This document shows, piece by piece, positions 1-13,070 of a stretch of DNA of 64,000 bases (position 1 is its first letter; each line of letters opens with the position of its first letter). This DNA is from Malacoraja senta (Eukaryota): the NCBI GenBank assembly GCA_038087875.1, contig CM075988.1, positions 3,410,001-3,474,000 of the forward strand, given 5' to 3'. The position numbers and the translations under genes are program-made. A model generated the notes under the pieces. That model saw only the letters and a program-made list of their open reading frames with translations, had not been told where the DNA came from and did no database searches.

Positions 1-280
1 AGAGAGAGCGGCGGGGGGGGGGGGGGGAGAAGGGGGAGAGAGAGAGAGGGGGAGAGAGAGAGGGGGAGAGAGAGGAGGGAGAGAGAAGGGAGAGAGGGGG
101 GGTAGAGGAGGGGAGGAGAGAGGAGGGGAAGAGAGGATGAGAGGGAGAAGGGGAGAGAGAGGAGGAGAGAGAGAAGAGGGGAGAGAGAGGAAGGGAGAGA
201 GAGGAGGAGAGAGAAGGGAGAGAGAGAAGGGAGAGAGAGAGGGGGAGAGAGAGAAGAGAGGAGAGAGAAGGGGGAGACAG
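1..280 (+). repeat. GA-rich polypurine low-complexity tract
   Basis: Almost exclusively G/A, irregular (GA)n/(GGA)n; explains ORF 137..331. Confidence 0.95.
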
Positions 281-339
281 AGCGTGGGGTTCATTTTCCC
301 CACACAAGCCATAGGTGACTGGGCAATCTGAACCCAAGC

Positions 340-830
340 CCCAAGTTGAAAGCGGCCGAAGGTGTGCATCCCTCGGGACAGCCCCCACTCTCCCACGGCC
401 ACCCTCTAGGTCGGGTGGAGCGGAGGTTGGGACAATGTTCATGCCTTCACAGTGATGTGATTGACGCGGGGGTCTGGACCAATCGCTGACAAGTCCCGCC
501 CCCGGCAACGTCATGTCTGTTATTGGACGTTTCTGTTGAGCGGCAGTCGGTCCTTTGGCCTGTAGGCGACGCCGCCTTTCGGGTGGATGGCGTTTCGACA
601 GAGCGGCCATACGGTAAGTTTGCTTTTAGGCGATGCAGCCTTTCGGTTCGTTGCCGTTTAGGCATCCCGCCCTTTTGGTTAGTTTGCATTTAGGCGTCCC
701 ATCCTTTCGGTTCATTGGTGTTTCGGCCTCGTTTCTATTTGGTTCTTTGGCTTCGACTTCTTTGCTTCGGCTACTTGTCTGTCGGCGCCGCATCCGCACA
801 CGCGACACTGTGCGCTCTATGCAAAGTACC
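340..830 (+). promoter_or_regulatory. CpG-rich promoter region (CCAAT boxes, GC box)
   Basis: High CpG density relative to flanks; CCAAT 479-483, GC box CCCGCCCC 495-502, reverse CCAAT (ATTGG) 522-526, followed by a consensus donor ACG|GTAAGT at 613/614. Confidence 0.7.
530..613 (+). other. ST3GAL4: Putative non-coding first exon (5' UTR) of the sialyltransferase gene; start approximate
   Basis: Consensus donor GTAAGT at 614-619 directly downstream of promoter motifs; linkage to the downstream gene is inferred from position and strand. Confidence 0.55.
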
Positions 831-859
831 AGCATGTGCAGGTCCTTGTTCTCTAGAAT

Positions 860-1375
860 ATTGTGTTCAGATCTGATCTTCCCATCTGAGGAAGGCTATA
901 CTTGCCCCAGAGGGAGTGCAGTGTGTATGCACGGGATTTATTCCTGGAAGGAAGACTTATTGTTGGAGACGAGAAAAAATAGGTTGGCTTTCACTCCCTG
1001 GGGTATGGAAGAAAGAGAGATGATCTCATTAAAACAATCAAAATTCTTGATAAAATAGATGTCGGGAGCTGCTCCCTCCAATGGAGCTGTATTGAACCAG
1101 GAATCACAGGCTCCGTGACCATTTAGGACAGAGATGGAAAGACATTTCAAGAAATGAGTTGAATTCATTGCCCAGAGAAGGCTGTGGAGGCCAAGTCATT
1201 GGATATTTTTAAAGTTGAGATTTACAGATTCTTGATTAATACGGGTGTCAAAGGTAATGGGGAGAAGGCAGGAGAATGGGGTTGAGGGGAAAGATAGTTC
1301 AGCCATGATTGAGTGGTGATTAGACTCAATGGGCTGAATGGCCTTATTCTGCTCCTAGACATATGAACTTATGAA
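860..1375 (+). mobile_element. CR1/HER1 LINE 3' fragment, degenerate
   Basis: Same 3' motifs as the young CR1 at 47265-48640 (aggctgtggaggccaagtca...gggagaaggcaggagaatgg...gggctgaatggcct). Confidence 0.8.
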
Positions 1376-1389
1376 ATGTGTTCACCTGG

Positions 1390-1705
1390 TGTCACGGTGG
1401 CGTAGCGGTAGAGCTACTGCCTTACAGCGCCAGTGACCCAGGTTCGATCCTGACTAGGGGTGCTTGTCTGTACGGAGTTTGTACGTTCTCCCTGTGACCT
1501 GCGTGGGTTTTCCCTGAGACCTTCGGTTTCCTCCCACATTCCAAAGTCGTAAAGGTTTGTAGGTTAAATGGCTTTGTACAAATGTAAAAATTGTCCCTAG
1601 CGTGTGTGGGGTAGAGTTAGTGTGCAGGGATCGCTGGTCGGTACAAACTCGGTGTGATGAAGGGCTGTTTCTGCACTGTATCTCTAACCTAAACTAAACT
1701 AAACT
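1390..1705 (+). mobile_element. HE1/V-SINE (tRNA-derived SINE), full length
   Basis: tRNA-like head GGTGGCGTAGCGGTAGAG...GGTTCGATCC (A/B boxes), V-SINE core ggagtttgtacgttctccc, (CTAAA)n tail. More than 20 related copies occur in the window on both strands. Confidence 0.9.
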
Positions 1706-2518
1706 ACTTTCCTACAACCGTCAGTTCTTCAAACCAACCGACACAACCCGAATGCAAACTCTGCAACCTACAGTGACACTATGGATTACCTCGTGCACAG
1801 CAAGGAGTTAACTCTGGTTTTCTAATTGTGTTTTGCACTGATGTCTTGTTTTTTGTTGTTGCATCGTTTTCTTTGTTTTAGACATTTTAGACGTGATTTA
1901 TGGATATGATTTATGTTTATGTGCTGCTTGGTCTATGTGTCTATAACGTTGCTGCAAGCAACATCCGCATTGTACCTGCACCTCACTATGCTTGTACACA
2001 TGACAATAAACTCAACTTCCATAGATGTTTAGGGAGAGGAATTAATGGATATCGATTTAGTAGATAAAAGTGCTGCTGAGGTTAAGGTCAGCTGATGAAT
2101 GAATATCAGGCGGGTTAGCTGAACTACTTTATGTGTTTCTCATGTAGTTATCTTCAGGTTTTAATGATCCCAATCTATCACTTTGTCGCGTAGGTTTCAA
2201 ACTCATTTCATCGGGCGCAAAAAAACAAACTGCTGGAAAATCTCAGTGGGTCGGGCAGCATCTGCGGAGGGAAAAGGAAGGTCATTGTTTCATGTCAGGG
2301 CCCTGCATCAGCGACCGAGAATGCAGAGGGAAATGAGATGTGCATATAGATGTGAGAGGGAGGAGTAAGACAAGTGATAGGTGGAAACAGATAAAGTGGG
2401 TGATGATGTGCAGATGGAACCAGTTGAAGGGGATTGTTGATTCAGAGGCTGGGCGCTGTCAGTTTCCTGCATCCATAGTCTCTTGTGTTTGCATTTCACC
2501 TGCCATTCAGTTCCATTT

Positions 2519-3153
2519 AGGGCCTGTCCCCACTTGGGCGACCTAATCCACGAGTCCAGAAGAGTGTCTTCGACCTTCAAGCTCGAGGACACTCGGGGGG
2601 GGGGGGAGGGGGGGGAGAGAAGTAGAGAGAAGTGGAGGAGAAGGGGAGAGAAGGGGAGAGAAGGGGAGAGAAGGGGAGAGAAGGGGAGAGAAGGGGAGAG
2701 AAGGGGAGAGAAGGGGAGAGAAGGGGAGAGAAGGGGAGAGAAGGGGAGAGAAGGGGAGAGAAGGGGAGAGAAGGGGAGAGAAGGGAGAGAAGGGGGAGAG
2801 AAGGTGGGGGAGAAGGGGAGAGAAGTGGAGGAGAAGGGGGGAGAAGGAGTGGAGACACTTTTATGAAGTATAATAAAGTTTAGTGGGCATTTTACCTACC
2901 GGTGGGTCTTCCTAGGTCCTGAAAACTCCAATGAGCCAATCGAAATGGCCGGTCAGCGAAGGAGATTGCCTACGGCTGCCCTCGAGTGCTGCGAGTAGGC
3001 GGGAAGCTCCCTCGAGCATGAAGGAGAGTTCCAGCCACCTCATAGGACCTCATAGGACCTCATAGGACCTCGTGTCGACCATGCTGCGAGTTTGAGTCCA
3101 GGGCAAACGCTTCTGAACTCACAGCTTAGGTCGCCCAAGTGGGGACAGGCCCC
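2519..3153. mobile_element. PIF/Harbinger-like MITE containing a 10-bp (GAGAAGGGGA)n tandem repeat
   Basis: Terminal inverted repeats GGGCCTGTCCCACTTGGGCGACCTAA ... TTAGGTCGCCCAAGTGGGGACAGGCCC with TTA flanks; internal repeat at ~2630-2850. Confidence 0.8.
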
Positions 3154-3354
3154 TTTACTATTGTATTATCATGACCATATAACATTATCTCACTAACTTT
3201 GAATATGGCTTATATAACATTTCATGCAAAAATCTTACTATTGCAACAGCTGATAACAACAAAAAGCACAGATCTTCCTTTATTTGGAGCCCTAGAACCT
3301 ACCATGAACTCAGCAGTAACAGATTTTACTTTGACTGTCAATAGCACCTGTTTT

Positions 3355-4200
3355 TAGATTAGATTAGATTAGATTTTATTCCTTGTCATTTGAACCTCAA
3401 AGAGGCTCAAACGAAACTCCGTTTCCACAGCCATACAAACAAAACAATTCCTACACGACACACAAACAATTCAATTTACAGAAAAACATCTCCTCCTCAC
3501 TGTGATGGAAGGCAAAGTCATTTCTCTCCCCTGCACCATTTTTCTCCCGATGTTGAAGCCCCAGGCGGGCAATGTTAAGTCCCACGGCCGTTGAGGCCGC
3601 GCCGGGCGGTGTACGGCCTCGCTCCGGGCCCAAAAGTCACAAAGTTGGAGCCCCCGGCGGGCGCTGGAATATCCCGCGGCCATTAAAGCCGCGCCGGGCG
3701 ATTTACGGCCCCGCTCCGGGTCGTTCCAACCCCGCGAAACGGGCGGGAGAAGTTGCGTTGCGGGAGCTCCGGAAACCGGTCTCTCACCCGGACCCGCGAG
3801 CTCCCGATGTCCCAGTCCACCGGTCTGCAGCTGGAGCTGGAGCTCCGGAGTCGGGCCGCAGCAGCGAGCCACCACCGCTCCCCCACGCTCCGAGGCCGGC
3901 CAGCCCCACGATGGTGAGTCCGCAGGCTCCGCGACTGGAGCCCCCAGGTCGTCCCGGTCGGAGGCCGCTCCACGGAGCTAGGCCCCAACGACAACGGAGA
4001 CCCGACAGGGAAATGGTCGGGTCTCCCGTACAGGGAAGAGATTTTTAAAGTTTCCCCTCCCCCCCCCCGCCCCCCACATGAACACAATTAAAAACAGTAC
4101 AAAAAAACACAAACAACTACATTTAACTAGACAAAAAAAAAAAAAAAAAAGGACAGACGGGCTGTAGGGGCCACTGCAGTAATCCGCGCCGCCGCACTAA
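3355..4200 (-). mobile_element. GC-rich non-autonomous retroelement of unclassified family (LINE-like tail)
   Basis: (TCTAA)n tail on minus strand at 3355-3375, CpG-rich body with internal ~80-bp repeats and hairpin GGAGACCCGAC...GTCGGGTCTCC at ~3996-4027. Confidence 0.55.
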
Positions 4201-5205
4201 TGTTATTTGCATAGTTTCTCAGTTTATTCTTATCATCTGTGCTTTTCCCATGAGCAATTTCCATTTATTAGCCTTTGGTCTGTTTGCATCCAACACTGAC
4301 ACATTTTGTGCCTGAATCCTGGGCTGTCTCTCCACGAGGACATTCAGCCCCGTTCCCTACAGGACTAGGATCCACTAGATGTCTACATGTGGTGTCCTAT
4401 TGCTATGTCATGAATGAAGTTGCACAGACTGATGATGTGTCTCGAATCGAAACATCACATATTCCTTTTCTCTAGAGATGCCGCCTGACCCGCTGAGTTA
4501 CTCCAGCATTTTGTGTCTTCTTTTGTAGACCAGCATCTGCGGTTCATTGTTTCTAAAGTTTTCCTCTTTGACCTGCTGGGTTCCACCAGCAGACTAATCG
4601 CGCCCATGTGTTGCCTTCTCCACCAACTTATCCGCTGTTTCTTCCGACTGAGGATATTTCTTTTTTAGTGGAAGCTTCTTCACAAACCACATTCTCTGGC
4701 CTCCAGGTGGTTGTCCTCTCAGCTTCTGACTGGTCAAGAATATCAGAAGGAACCTGATAGCTTCAGAACAGGAAATTCTTAATCCTTTTCTCCTTCATTG
4801 TCTCACAGTGCTGTGGAGATCTTGTTTCAACTTCCCACTCCTTACTTTTGGATAAACTGATTTGATCAAAGTGTACCACACATTACGCTCACTTCCTCGA
4901 TGTACACTTCCACTTGCGTATATGGCACTGAGCCCTAGGGCTGACCTGCATTCAGTGTTCTGCTAACACTTTATTCAGATGGGGACTTTCAAATCTCAAA
5001 GAGAAACAGAAAATGCTGGAAGCACTCAGCCGGTCAGGCAGCGTATGTGGAGGGTGGGGCAGAGGTATCATTTCAGGTTAAAGATCCTTCATCAGAATCT
5101 TTGCTGTTCTGATGAAGGTAATTCAATGATCATTGAATCATTATGGACCTTAATCGTTAACTCTGTTCCTCCCCCCACAGTTGCTGCCTGACTTGTTGAT
5201 AGAAA

Positions 5206-5400
5206 CAAAATGCTGGAGTAACAGATAGAAGGAATGAGTGACGTTTCGGGTCGAGACCCTTCTTCAGACTCAAGAAGGGTGTCAACCCAAAACATCATCC
5301 ATTCCTTCTATCCAGAGATGCTGCCTGTCCCACTGAGTTACTACAACTTATTGTGTCTATCTTCGGTGTAAACCAGCATCTGCAGTTCCTTCCTACACTG
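5206..5400. mobile_element. Penelope-derived mini-element, inverted dimer with hammerhead core
   Basis: aaaatgctggagtaac...gacgtttcgggtcgagacccttcttcag followed by its inverted partner ending cagcatctgcagttccttcctacac. Confidence 0.8.
5235..5272 (-). ncRNA. Minimal type I hammerhead ribozyme motif (Penelope-associated)
   Basis: Minus strand reads UGAGU-CUGAAGA-A-GGGUC-UC-GACCC-GAAAC-GUC-ACUCA: CUGANGA and GAAA core boxes, stem II, palindromic ACGU stem III, GUC triplet and a 5-bp stem I. Confidence 0.7.
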
Positions 5401-5620
5401 CCTGACATGTTGCCTGTTTCCAGCATTTTCTACACGATTTTGGTTTCAGTTTTTCTTTTGATTTTCTTTCCCATCTCAGATTCTTTTGAAGGCTCAGGTT
5501 GTGTACCCTGTCATGGGCATTAAAGACTGGCAAGATTCAAAGGAGCGGGCATTGATTACTGATCTATCAATAGTTTTTGACATGTTACTTTCCAGAGCAA
5601 TAATTCTGTATCTCTTACAG

Positions 5621-5696
5621 ATGTTAACAGATGTTGATTGCATTGCAGGCATTACCTTCGACAGCAGAAGTTCTATGAGTACTTCACTATACCAAT
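5621..5696 (+). other. Candidate upstream (probably 5' UTR) exon
   Basis: ctcttacag| acceptor and |gtgagt donor; no protein similarity recognised. Confidence 0.35.
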
Positions 5697-6714
5697 GTGA
5701 GTAAAATATTTGTTTTGCCTTCTCCCATTTCAGGTTTGGAGGCTTTAGAGAGGGTGCAGTATGTTGCCTGAATTAGGGGGGGTATTAGCTACAAACCTGG
5801 ATCGTTTTCTATAGATGGCCAGAGGTTGATGGAAGCATATACAATGATGAGAGAAATAGATAGACAGTCAGACCCTTTATCCCAGGCTGGAAATGTCAAA
5901 GACTAGCGGGTGTAGCTTAAGTTAAAGGGGGCAAAGTGTAAATGATTTGTGTGGGTCAAGGTTTTACACAAAGGCCGGCAGGTGCCTGGAACACACTGCC
6001 AGAGGTGGTTGGAGGCAGATACAAGTGGTGTTTCAGAGGCTTTCAGATAGGCATATGGACATACAGGGAATGGAGGGGTATGGATCACCTGGAGGCAGGT
6101 GAGTGATGTATCAGGCATTGTGTTCAGCACAGACCTGGTGGGCTAAAGGGCCGTGTTCTTTGCACTGTGAGGAAGGGCTGCAGACTGGAGCCTTTCAGCC
6201 ACTGTTCACTGAGGGGCTAAGCCCTAGGTAGAAACCTCTCAAACCCTTGAAATGTGTGCCTGTATAAGTGGCAACAATGCTGTGAACACCAGCAACGTGT
6301 AGAACTGGTATCGCTGTCACTACAAAGACTGAACAACACCACGAATGTAAAGAATTTGATACTTGCACTGTAGTTTTAATTCTAATTGTATGGAACAAGT
6401 TTTTGAATGAATAAAGTTCACTTTTAGATAATAAATAATTTGAGGCAGTGTTAAAAATCCCCCCCGCCATGGTCTGAAGGGGAACGTATTCTCTTCTTGC
6501 CAGTTAAACCATGAGTAGCGGGTAGAGGACTAGCACATGTCAGCTACCTAACCATCTGTGTAAGGCTCTTTCTGTGCACCCAGCCCTGACTTTCTCCCTC
6601 AGAGTGCCTCTGGATTGCTTTACCTTTGATCTCCTGTGACCACCTGGACAATTGGAAGCTGGGCTTTCTTTTAAGACTGAGGTAAACTGTAGGAGAATAA
6701 AATGGGAAAGGTTA

Positions 6715-7160
6715 GGGCAGCATGGTGGCGCAGTGGTAGAGTTACTGCCTTAAGGGCCTGTCCCACTTGTGCGTCATTTGCGCGTCACGCAGGTGGCGCA
6801 CGAGGATTTTGAGAAACCCAAAATGCTGGGGCGCCACACGCGACCGCGCGTCACTGCCTACGCCACCACGCCTCAACACGCGCCATGCGCGCATAATTCA
6901 CACTATGCACGCGTCACGACATGCCTAAGTTGGAGTTTGAGCGGAGTGTGACCGCGTGGAATTTCTCTGGGTTTTCCAGTTTTCGCCCTAATTCCAAGGA
7001 CATGCAGGGTTGTAGGTTAATTGGCTTTGGTAAATTGTCCCTATCGTGTAGGATAGAACTAGTGTATGGGTGATCGATGGCTGGCACGGACTCAAGTGGG
7101 CCGAAAGGACTGTTTCCATGCTGTATCTCTAAACTGAACTAAACTGAACTAAACTAAATG
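6715..7160 (+). mobile_element. HE1 SINE interrupted by a truncated Harbinger-like MITE at its CTGCC-TTA site
   Basis: SINE head, then TTA|AGGGCCTGTCCCACTT at ~6750, SINE body resumes at ~6948. Confidence 0.8.
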
Positions 7161-8471
7161 GGTTTGAGTTTAGTTTTTTGCCATGTGTACCAAGGTACAG
7201 TGAAAAGCTTTTGTTTCGCGTTCACCAGTCAGCGGAAAGACAACACATGATTACAATTGAGCCATCCACAGTGTACAGACCGTGTACGTGGGTGTTCAAT
7301 TGCTGGTAGTTGATTCATTCAGCCGTACCTCTGTTTCCATGCTCTATGCCCGTAGGACTGTGAGAAAGAGGCCTGTGAGAAAGAGGAGAAAGAGAACAAG
7401 GAGGGAAGAGACGGAGACTAAGACTTTGCCTCCATCACAGTGAGGATGTGCTTGGTGAACTCACTGTGGTGGATGTTTAATATGTGTTTATTGTATGTTT
7501 TGTTATTATTGGTTCTGTGTATGACTGCAGGCATCACAATTTCGTTCAGACCGAAAGGTCTGAATGACAATAAAGGAAACTTGATTCTTGATTCTTGATT
7601 TGGCCCATGGAGCCTATGGTCTCCTAAGTGGGACATACAGTGCTTGCAGCGCCAGAGACCCGGGTTCAATCCCGACTACGGGTACTGTCTGTGCGGAGTT
7701 TGTATGTTCTCCCTGTGAACACGTGGGTTTTCTCCGAGATCTTCGGTTTCCTCCCATACTCCAAAGACGTACAGGTATGTAGGTGAATTGGCTTGTGTGT
7801 GTGTAAATTGTCCCTATGTGTGTGTGTCGGATAGTGCAAATGCACGGGGATCGCTGGTCGACGTGGACTTGGTGGGCCGCAGGGCCTGTATCTGTGCTAC
7901 AGAAAGGAAAAGGCTTGGGAAGGCCCAGTTTAATCGCTGTGCTTTCAATGACTAAGCACCAGAAGATGGGAACAACAGCATCTCTAATCTTTCCTGCAAA
8001 TCACACGCTTCCTGCCTCGAACAGTTCCTTCACTGTTACAGGTGAATCTTCTTGGAGGTTATTTTAAAAATGAAAGCTTATTTTTGGACCATGTACATCC
8101 TGACACAGTGAAGAGTGACTTGGAGCAGTTACTGAACCCTTCTGTGCCACCATTGTTGATTAGTGTAGCAATTGACCTTGGTTGTGAATGCAATTTGTAA
8201 ATGTAAACTTCTCATATATTAATTTTGAGGTAGACAAAAATGCTGGAGAAACTCAGCGGGTCATCTATGGAGCGAAGGAATAGGTGACGTTTCAGGTCGA
8301 GACCCTAAACGTCACCTACCCCTTTGCTCCATAGATGCTGCCTCACCCGCTGAGTTTCTCCAGCATTTTTGTCTACCTTAGATTTTCCAGCATCTGGAGT
8401 TCCTTTGTAAATAGGAAAGGCATCTGCAGTTCTTTCTTAAACATATATTAACTTTACATTACTTGTTGCAG

Positions 8472-8507
8472 ATTTAAAAATGACAACGCTACCGTGTCTG
8501 ACTATTT
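8472..8507 (+). CDS. ST3GAL4: Candidate first coding micro-exon A (MTTLPCLTI, phase 1); ATG at 8480
   Basis: Branch-like TATTAAC, ttgttgcag| acceptor, AAAATG start context, |gtaagt donor. A short phase-1 start exon matches the vertebrate ST3GAL4 layout. Confidence 0.55.
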
Positions 8508-8883
8508 GTAAGTAGGATTGTTTTTGGTACCCGTGTCTACACCCCAACCTATCCTACCTCCACCCTCGCATTGTTGTGTGTGTATGTAGTGCCTCCAGGA
8601 TTCAGTAAGCATCCTATTGAGGTTCCTTAATCCGATTCCAATCGCTGGTCGGAATGGCTGAAGGGCCTGTTTCTGTGCTGTATTTCTAAACTAAGCCTGT
8701 GTCTGCACCCCAACCTACCCAACCTCCAAATATGAAAGGTTATCTTTGGACGGTGTACATTTTCTAACACAGTCATGAGATGGACAGGGCACTTACTGAA
8801 CTCAGAGCATATAACCTATAGCATCATTGTTGATTAGTGTAGTGCATAACCTTAGCTGTCAATGTCATTTGTTAGGGTTCACC

Positions 8884-9139
8884 GGGCCTGTCCCACTTGG
8901 TGATTTTTGTCGGCGACTGCCGGCGTCATATCAGTGTCACCAAAAGATTTAGAACATTTCAAAATCTAGCGGCGACAAAAAAAATGTCGCGACACTTGGA
9001 AAAAACTCCGCACGTCATACGTCATCACGCCACGTCACGCCGTGTCACGCCGCATCACGCCGTGTATTTTTCGGTGACCTGATACGTCAGTCAATGATGC
9101 CGGCAGTCGCCGAAAAATTCGGCAAGTGGGACAGGCCCT
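8884..9139. mobile_element. Harbinger-like MITE
   Basis: TIRs GGGCCTGTCCCACTTG / CAAGTGGGACAGGCCC, followed by TTA; inserted just upstream of micro-exon B. Confidence 0.85.
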
Positions 9140-9178
9140 TTATACTCTCATATATTAACTTTACATTGCTTGTTGCAG

Positions 9179-9214
9179 ATTTAAAAATGACAGCATTACC
9201 GGGTCTGACTATAC
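9179..9214 (+). CDS. ST3GAL4: Candidate first coding micro-exon B (MTALPGLTI, phase 1); ATG at 9187
   Basis: Homologue of 8472-8507 with intact acceptor tgttgcag|, ATG and |gtaagt. Confidence 0.55.
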
Positions 9215-9279
9215 GTAAGTAGGATTGTTTTTGGTACATGGCGTGTCTTGTAAATTATGACTTGTGTAGATGATAAAGA

Positions 9280-9575
9280 GGGCTGCGCAGTGGTAGAGTT
9301 GCTGCCTTACAGCACCAGGGTCCTGGGTCTGATCCCGACTACGGGTGCTGACTGTGCAGAGTTTGTATGTTCTCCCTGTGACCTGTGTGGGTTTATCCGG
9401 GGACTCAGGTTTCCTTCCACATTCCAAAGATGTGCAGGTTTGTAGGTCAATTGGCTAAAAGAAAATTGTAAATTGTCCCTAGTGTGTAGGATAGTGCTAG
9501 TGTACGGAGTCATTGGTCGGCATGGACTCGGTGGGCTGAAGGGCCTGTTTCAGTGCTGTATCTCTAAACTAAACC
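9280..9575 (+). mobile_element. HE1 SINE
   Basis: tRNA-like head, V-core and ctaaactaaa tail. Confidence 0.85.
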
Positions 9576-10149
9576 TGTGTCTGCCCCTAACCTACCCTAA
9601 CTCCAACTGCACATCGTTGTCTCCAGGATTCAGTGAGCATCTCATTGAGGTTCCTTGTACCACCTCCCAGCTCCCACACCATGTACCATCTGAAAGTACA
9701 AGATGAGGAAGGGCAGTGCTTCTCTCTCCATTACCCTGCACATCACACAGGCTCCAACATTGAACAGGCCCTTTAGCGTTGCAGGGGCAAACATCTCAGA
9801 AGAGCGTTCATAATCCAGAGGCCACAAGTCACACATTTATTCGTGTCCTCCAGCCTTCTCCAATTCGACCTTTTATTATTCAATATTATACATTTTAATT
9901 CCTTCTCTCCAGAGATGCTGCCTGTCCCGCTGAGTTACTCCAGCATTTTGTGTCTACCTTCTCCAATTCACAGCTGGCCCAGAGTTGCGTATCTCTGTTG
10001 GCTGGGAATAGTGGTTCATTACTCATATTTCACGAGTCACATCTCTGATGTCGAAGGCAGATGTCCAAGATGGAATACTCCACAACATGGCTGTTGGTCA
10101 ACTGAGGAAAATAAGTGTTTGAAGATCAAAACTCAATGAAAGGCAGAAC

Positions 10150-11535
10150 TTAAAGCCAGAGTAACCAACCTTAGAGAAGTGAGACACTACAGTGTGGTCC
10201 GTTTCACAGAGACATGGCTTACCCCCGACATACCTGACTGTGCCATTCAGCCCCAGGGAGTCCCCCTTCACTGGATGGACCACATGGCATCATCGGGCAA
10301 GGTTAGAGGTGGAGGGTTTGGTTCCTAATCAACACCTCATGGTGCTCAGACATGGCGGGCATTGCGTGCTCATGCCCCCGGGACCTGGACTATTTAACAG
10401 TGAAGTGCCTTCTCCACTACCTGCATGGGAATTAACCTCAGCTATACTGACAGCAGTCTACATCCCCCCCCCCCCCCATTGCAGATGTCAAACTTCCTCT
10501 GAATGAACCGTACTCTGCTATCAATATCCTTGAGACAAAACAGCCCAAAGCCCAGGTCATTGTAGCCGGAGACTTTGATCAAGCCCACCTTGAAAACGTA
10601 ATACAATTAGCGTGTCTTGTGTCCCATCAGGGGCTAGAACACCCTCGACCTCCACTACACATTCATAAAAACACATACCGCTCCATTTTCCCACCACATT
10701 TCCGGAAATCTGATCATCTATCTGTGCTTCTGCTCCCTGCCTACACAATGAAAGTGAAGCGGGAAGATCCGATACAGAAAGTTGTTCAGTTGTTAGTCTG
10801 TGGAAATGGATGACATCCTATGCGACGTGTCAGTGGACTGGTCCATAAGATCTCATGCCTTAATGACTACCGTCCAGTAACCTTGACATCCACCATTATG
10901 AATTGCTCTGAGAGGCTGGTTATGGCACACACTAGCTCCAGTCTAGCAAGCAGCCTTGATCCACTATAGATCATCTACTGCCACAACAGGTCCATCCATG
11001 GCCCGAAACTCATCCCTGGAACACTTGCATAAGGACACCAACATTAGACTCTTATTTATGGACTACAACTGCCTTCAATACCATTATCCCATCTAAGCTC
11101 ATCTGCAAACTCATGGAACTTGGTGTCAGCACTCCCTTCTGCGACTGGATCCTCGACGTCCTGATCCACAGAGCACAGTCGGTGAGGAAAGGTGCCAAAT
11201 CATCCTCCGTGATCATTCTTCACACTGGCGCCTCGCAAGGATGTGTTCTCAGCTCCTTACATTAATCCTTATTCATTCCCGACTGTGCAGCCAAACAGCA
11301 ATCCAATTCAATCTACAAGTGTGCAGATGACACCACTGTAGTGGGCGAGACCATTACACAAATCAGCCTCCCTTCCATTGACACCACCTTCAGCAAGGCT
11401 GTCAGCATCATCGAGGGCCAGTCTCATCCCGATCACTCTGTCTTCTCCCCTCTCCCATCAGGCAGGAGATACAGAACTTTGAAAACACATACAGGTACCT
11501 CTAGAGTCAGGGACAGTTTCTTCCCACTGTCCATG
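10150..11535 (+). mobile_element. Rex1/Babar (L2-group) LINE, degenerate APE-RT fragments
   Basis: Fragmentary peptides ETWLTPDIPD (APE), [21 protein letters not shown] and ADDTT (RT), plus a LPSGRRYR 3' motif; frameshifted. Confidence 0.75.
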
Positions 11536-11929
11536 CTATCCAATTTGCCAAGTAATGCAAATGATGCTATTAATATATATACTGTATACTTAAGATTTGC
11601 ACCAGAAATTGGAAGACAAGTGATTTAGCCCTGGTGAGTGTCGAACAATTGTACTTTAAAAGTGCAGCATGGTGACGCAGCGATAGAGTTTCTGCCTTAC
11701 AGCAACAGAGACCCGGGTTCCATCCTGACTATGGGTGCTGTTTGTGGCTTCCTCCCACACTCCAAAGTCTTGCAGGTTTTTAGGTTAATTGTCTTCTGGA
11801 AAATTGTAAATTGTCCCTAGTGTGTGGGATAGTGCTAGGGTACAGTGTAATCGCTGGTCGGCGCAGACTCAATGGGCCAAAGGGCCTGTTTCTACGCTGT
11901 ATGTCTGAAGTCTAAAGTAAAGTCTAAAG

Positions 11930-12685
11930 AACAAAGGGATCCCAGGGAGCGCAGGGTGCATGGCCCTAAAAGTAGTGAGTAATATGTTGTAAAAAGTGGG
12001 CAAAGAGGTAAAGAAGACACTGGGCACAGTTGCCTTTCAATGGGAAGGATATTGAGTATAAAAGATGGGGCATCACGATAGAGCTGTACAAATCGTTGAT
12101 GAGGCCATGCTTGTGGTTCAGGTGTACAGCGGGAGGAAGGCTGTCATTAAGTTGGAAAGAATGCAGAAAAGAGTTATCAGTATGTGACCTGGACTTGTGG
12201 GCTTGAGTTATAGGGAGTAGCTGGATAGGGACTTTTTTTCCGTGGCATGTGGGAAGCTGAGGGTAGATCTTTTGAAGCAGACAGTATAATGTGGGGGCAG
12301 CATGGATAAAGTGGAGGCTCGTGGTCTTTTCCCCAACATAGAGGATTCTAAAATTGGAGGGCATGGATGTTAAGAGAGAATGGAGAGACTGAAAAGGAAT
12401 GTCAGGGGCAACCTTTTCACTCAGAGGACCTTCCATAACTGGAGCAAGCTGCCAGAGGAAGCTGTAGAAGCGGACACAATTGTGACTTTCACAAGTCATT
12501 TTGGACAGATATATGGATATGAAGGGTTTAGAGGGATACGGGCCAAATGCAATCAAACAATACCTGCCCAGAATGATTGGCATGGACAAGGGGCTGGCGG
12601 GGGAGGGGGGGGGGGGTAGGCGACGATGGGGGTGGGGGGAGGGGGCAAAGGGGCTGTTTCCATGCTGTACAGCTCTATGACTCTA
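11930..12685 (+). mobile_element. CR1 LINE 3' fragment, degenerate
   Basis: RGNLFTQR..W..LPEEAVEA motif in ORF 12380..12619. Confidence 0.8.
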
Positions 12686-13034
12686 ATTGGATTGCATTTA
12701 CAGAAAGGGAATGGCTTTTTATGGCCCGTTCTTTCATGGCTCAGGAATAGAACATGGGGAGAACCTCCAAACTCTCATGCAAATCCCACGGCCACTTCCC
12801 TTGAGAGTTCTTCATGGTTACAGGAGCAATCTCCTCGGGGATAATTTCAAAAATGAAAGGCTCGTTTTGGATCAGGTACATCCTGATGAGACGGATGGAG
12901 CGGTTACAGAACCAAGAGTAACAATCAATCTTCTGTGCCACCATGGTTATTTGGTGCAGCACAAGACTGCAGTTGTGAACGTAATTTGTAAGGGTTTAAC
13001 CTCTCGTATATTAACTTTACATTGCTTGTTTCAG

Positions 13035-13070
13035 GTTGAAAAATGACAGCCCTACTGAGTCTGCCTCTTT
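13035..13070 (+). CDS. ST3GAL4: Candidate first coding micro-exon C (MTALLSLPL, phase 1); ATG at 13043
   Basis: Third homologue: ttgtttcag| acceptor, in-frame TGA two codons before the ATG, |gtaagt donor. Confidence 0.55.

Noticed and set aside
1390..1460. tRNA gene
   Set aside because: tRNA-like A/B boxes continue into a V-SINE core and tail; this is a SINE head, repeated more than 20 times.
3471..4087. Overlapping GC-rich ORFs or a second CpG-island promoter
   Set aside because: Lies within a tailed interspersed repeat; long ORFs follow from high GC content.
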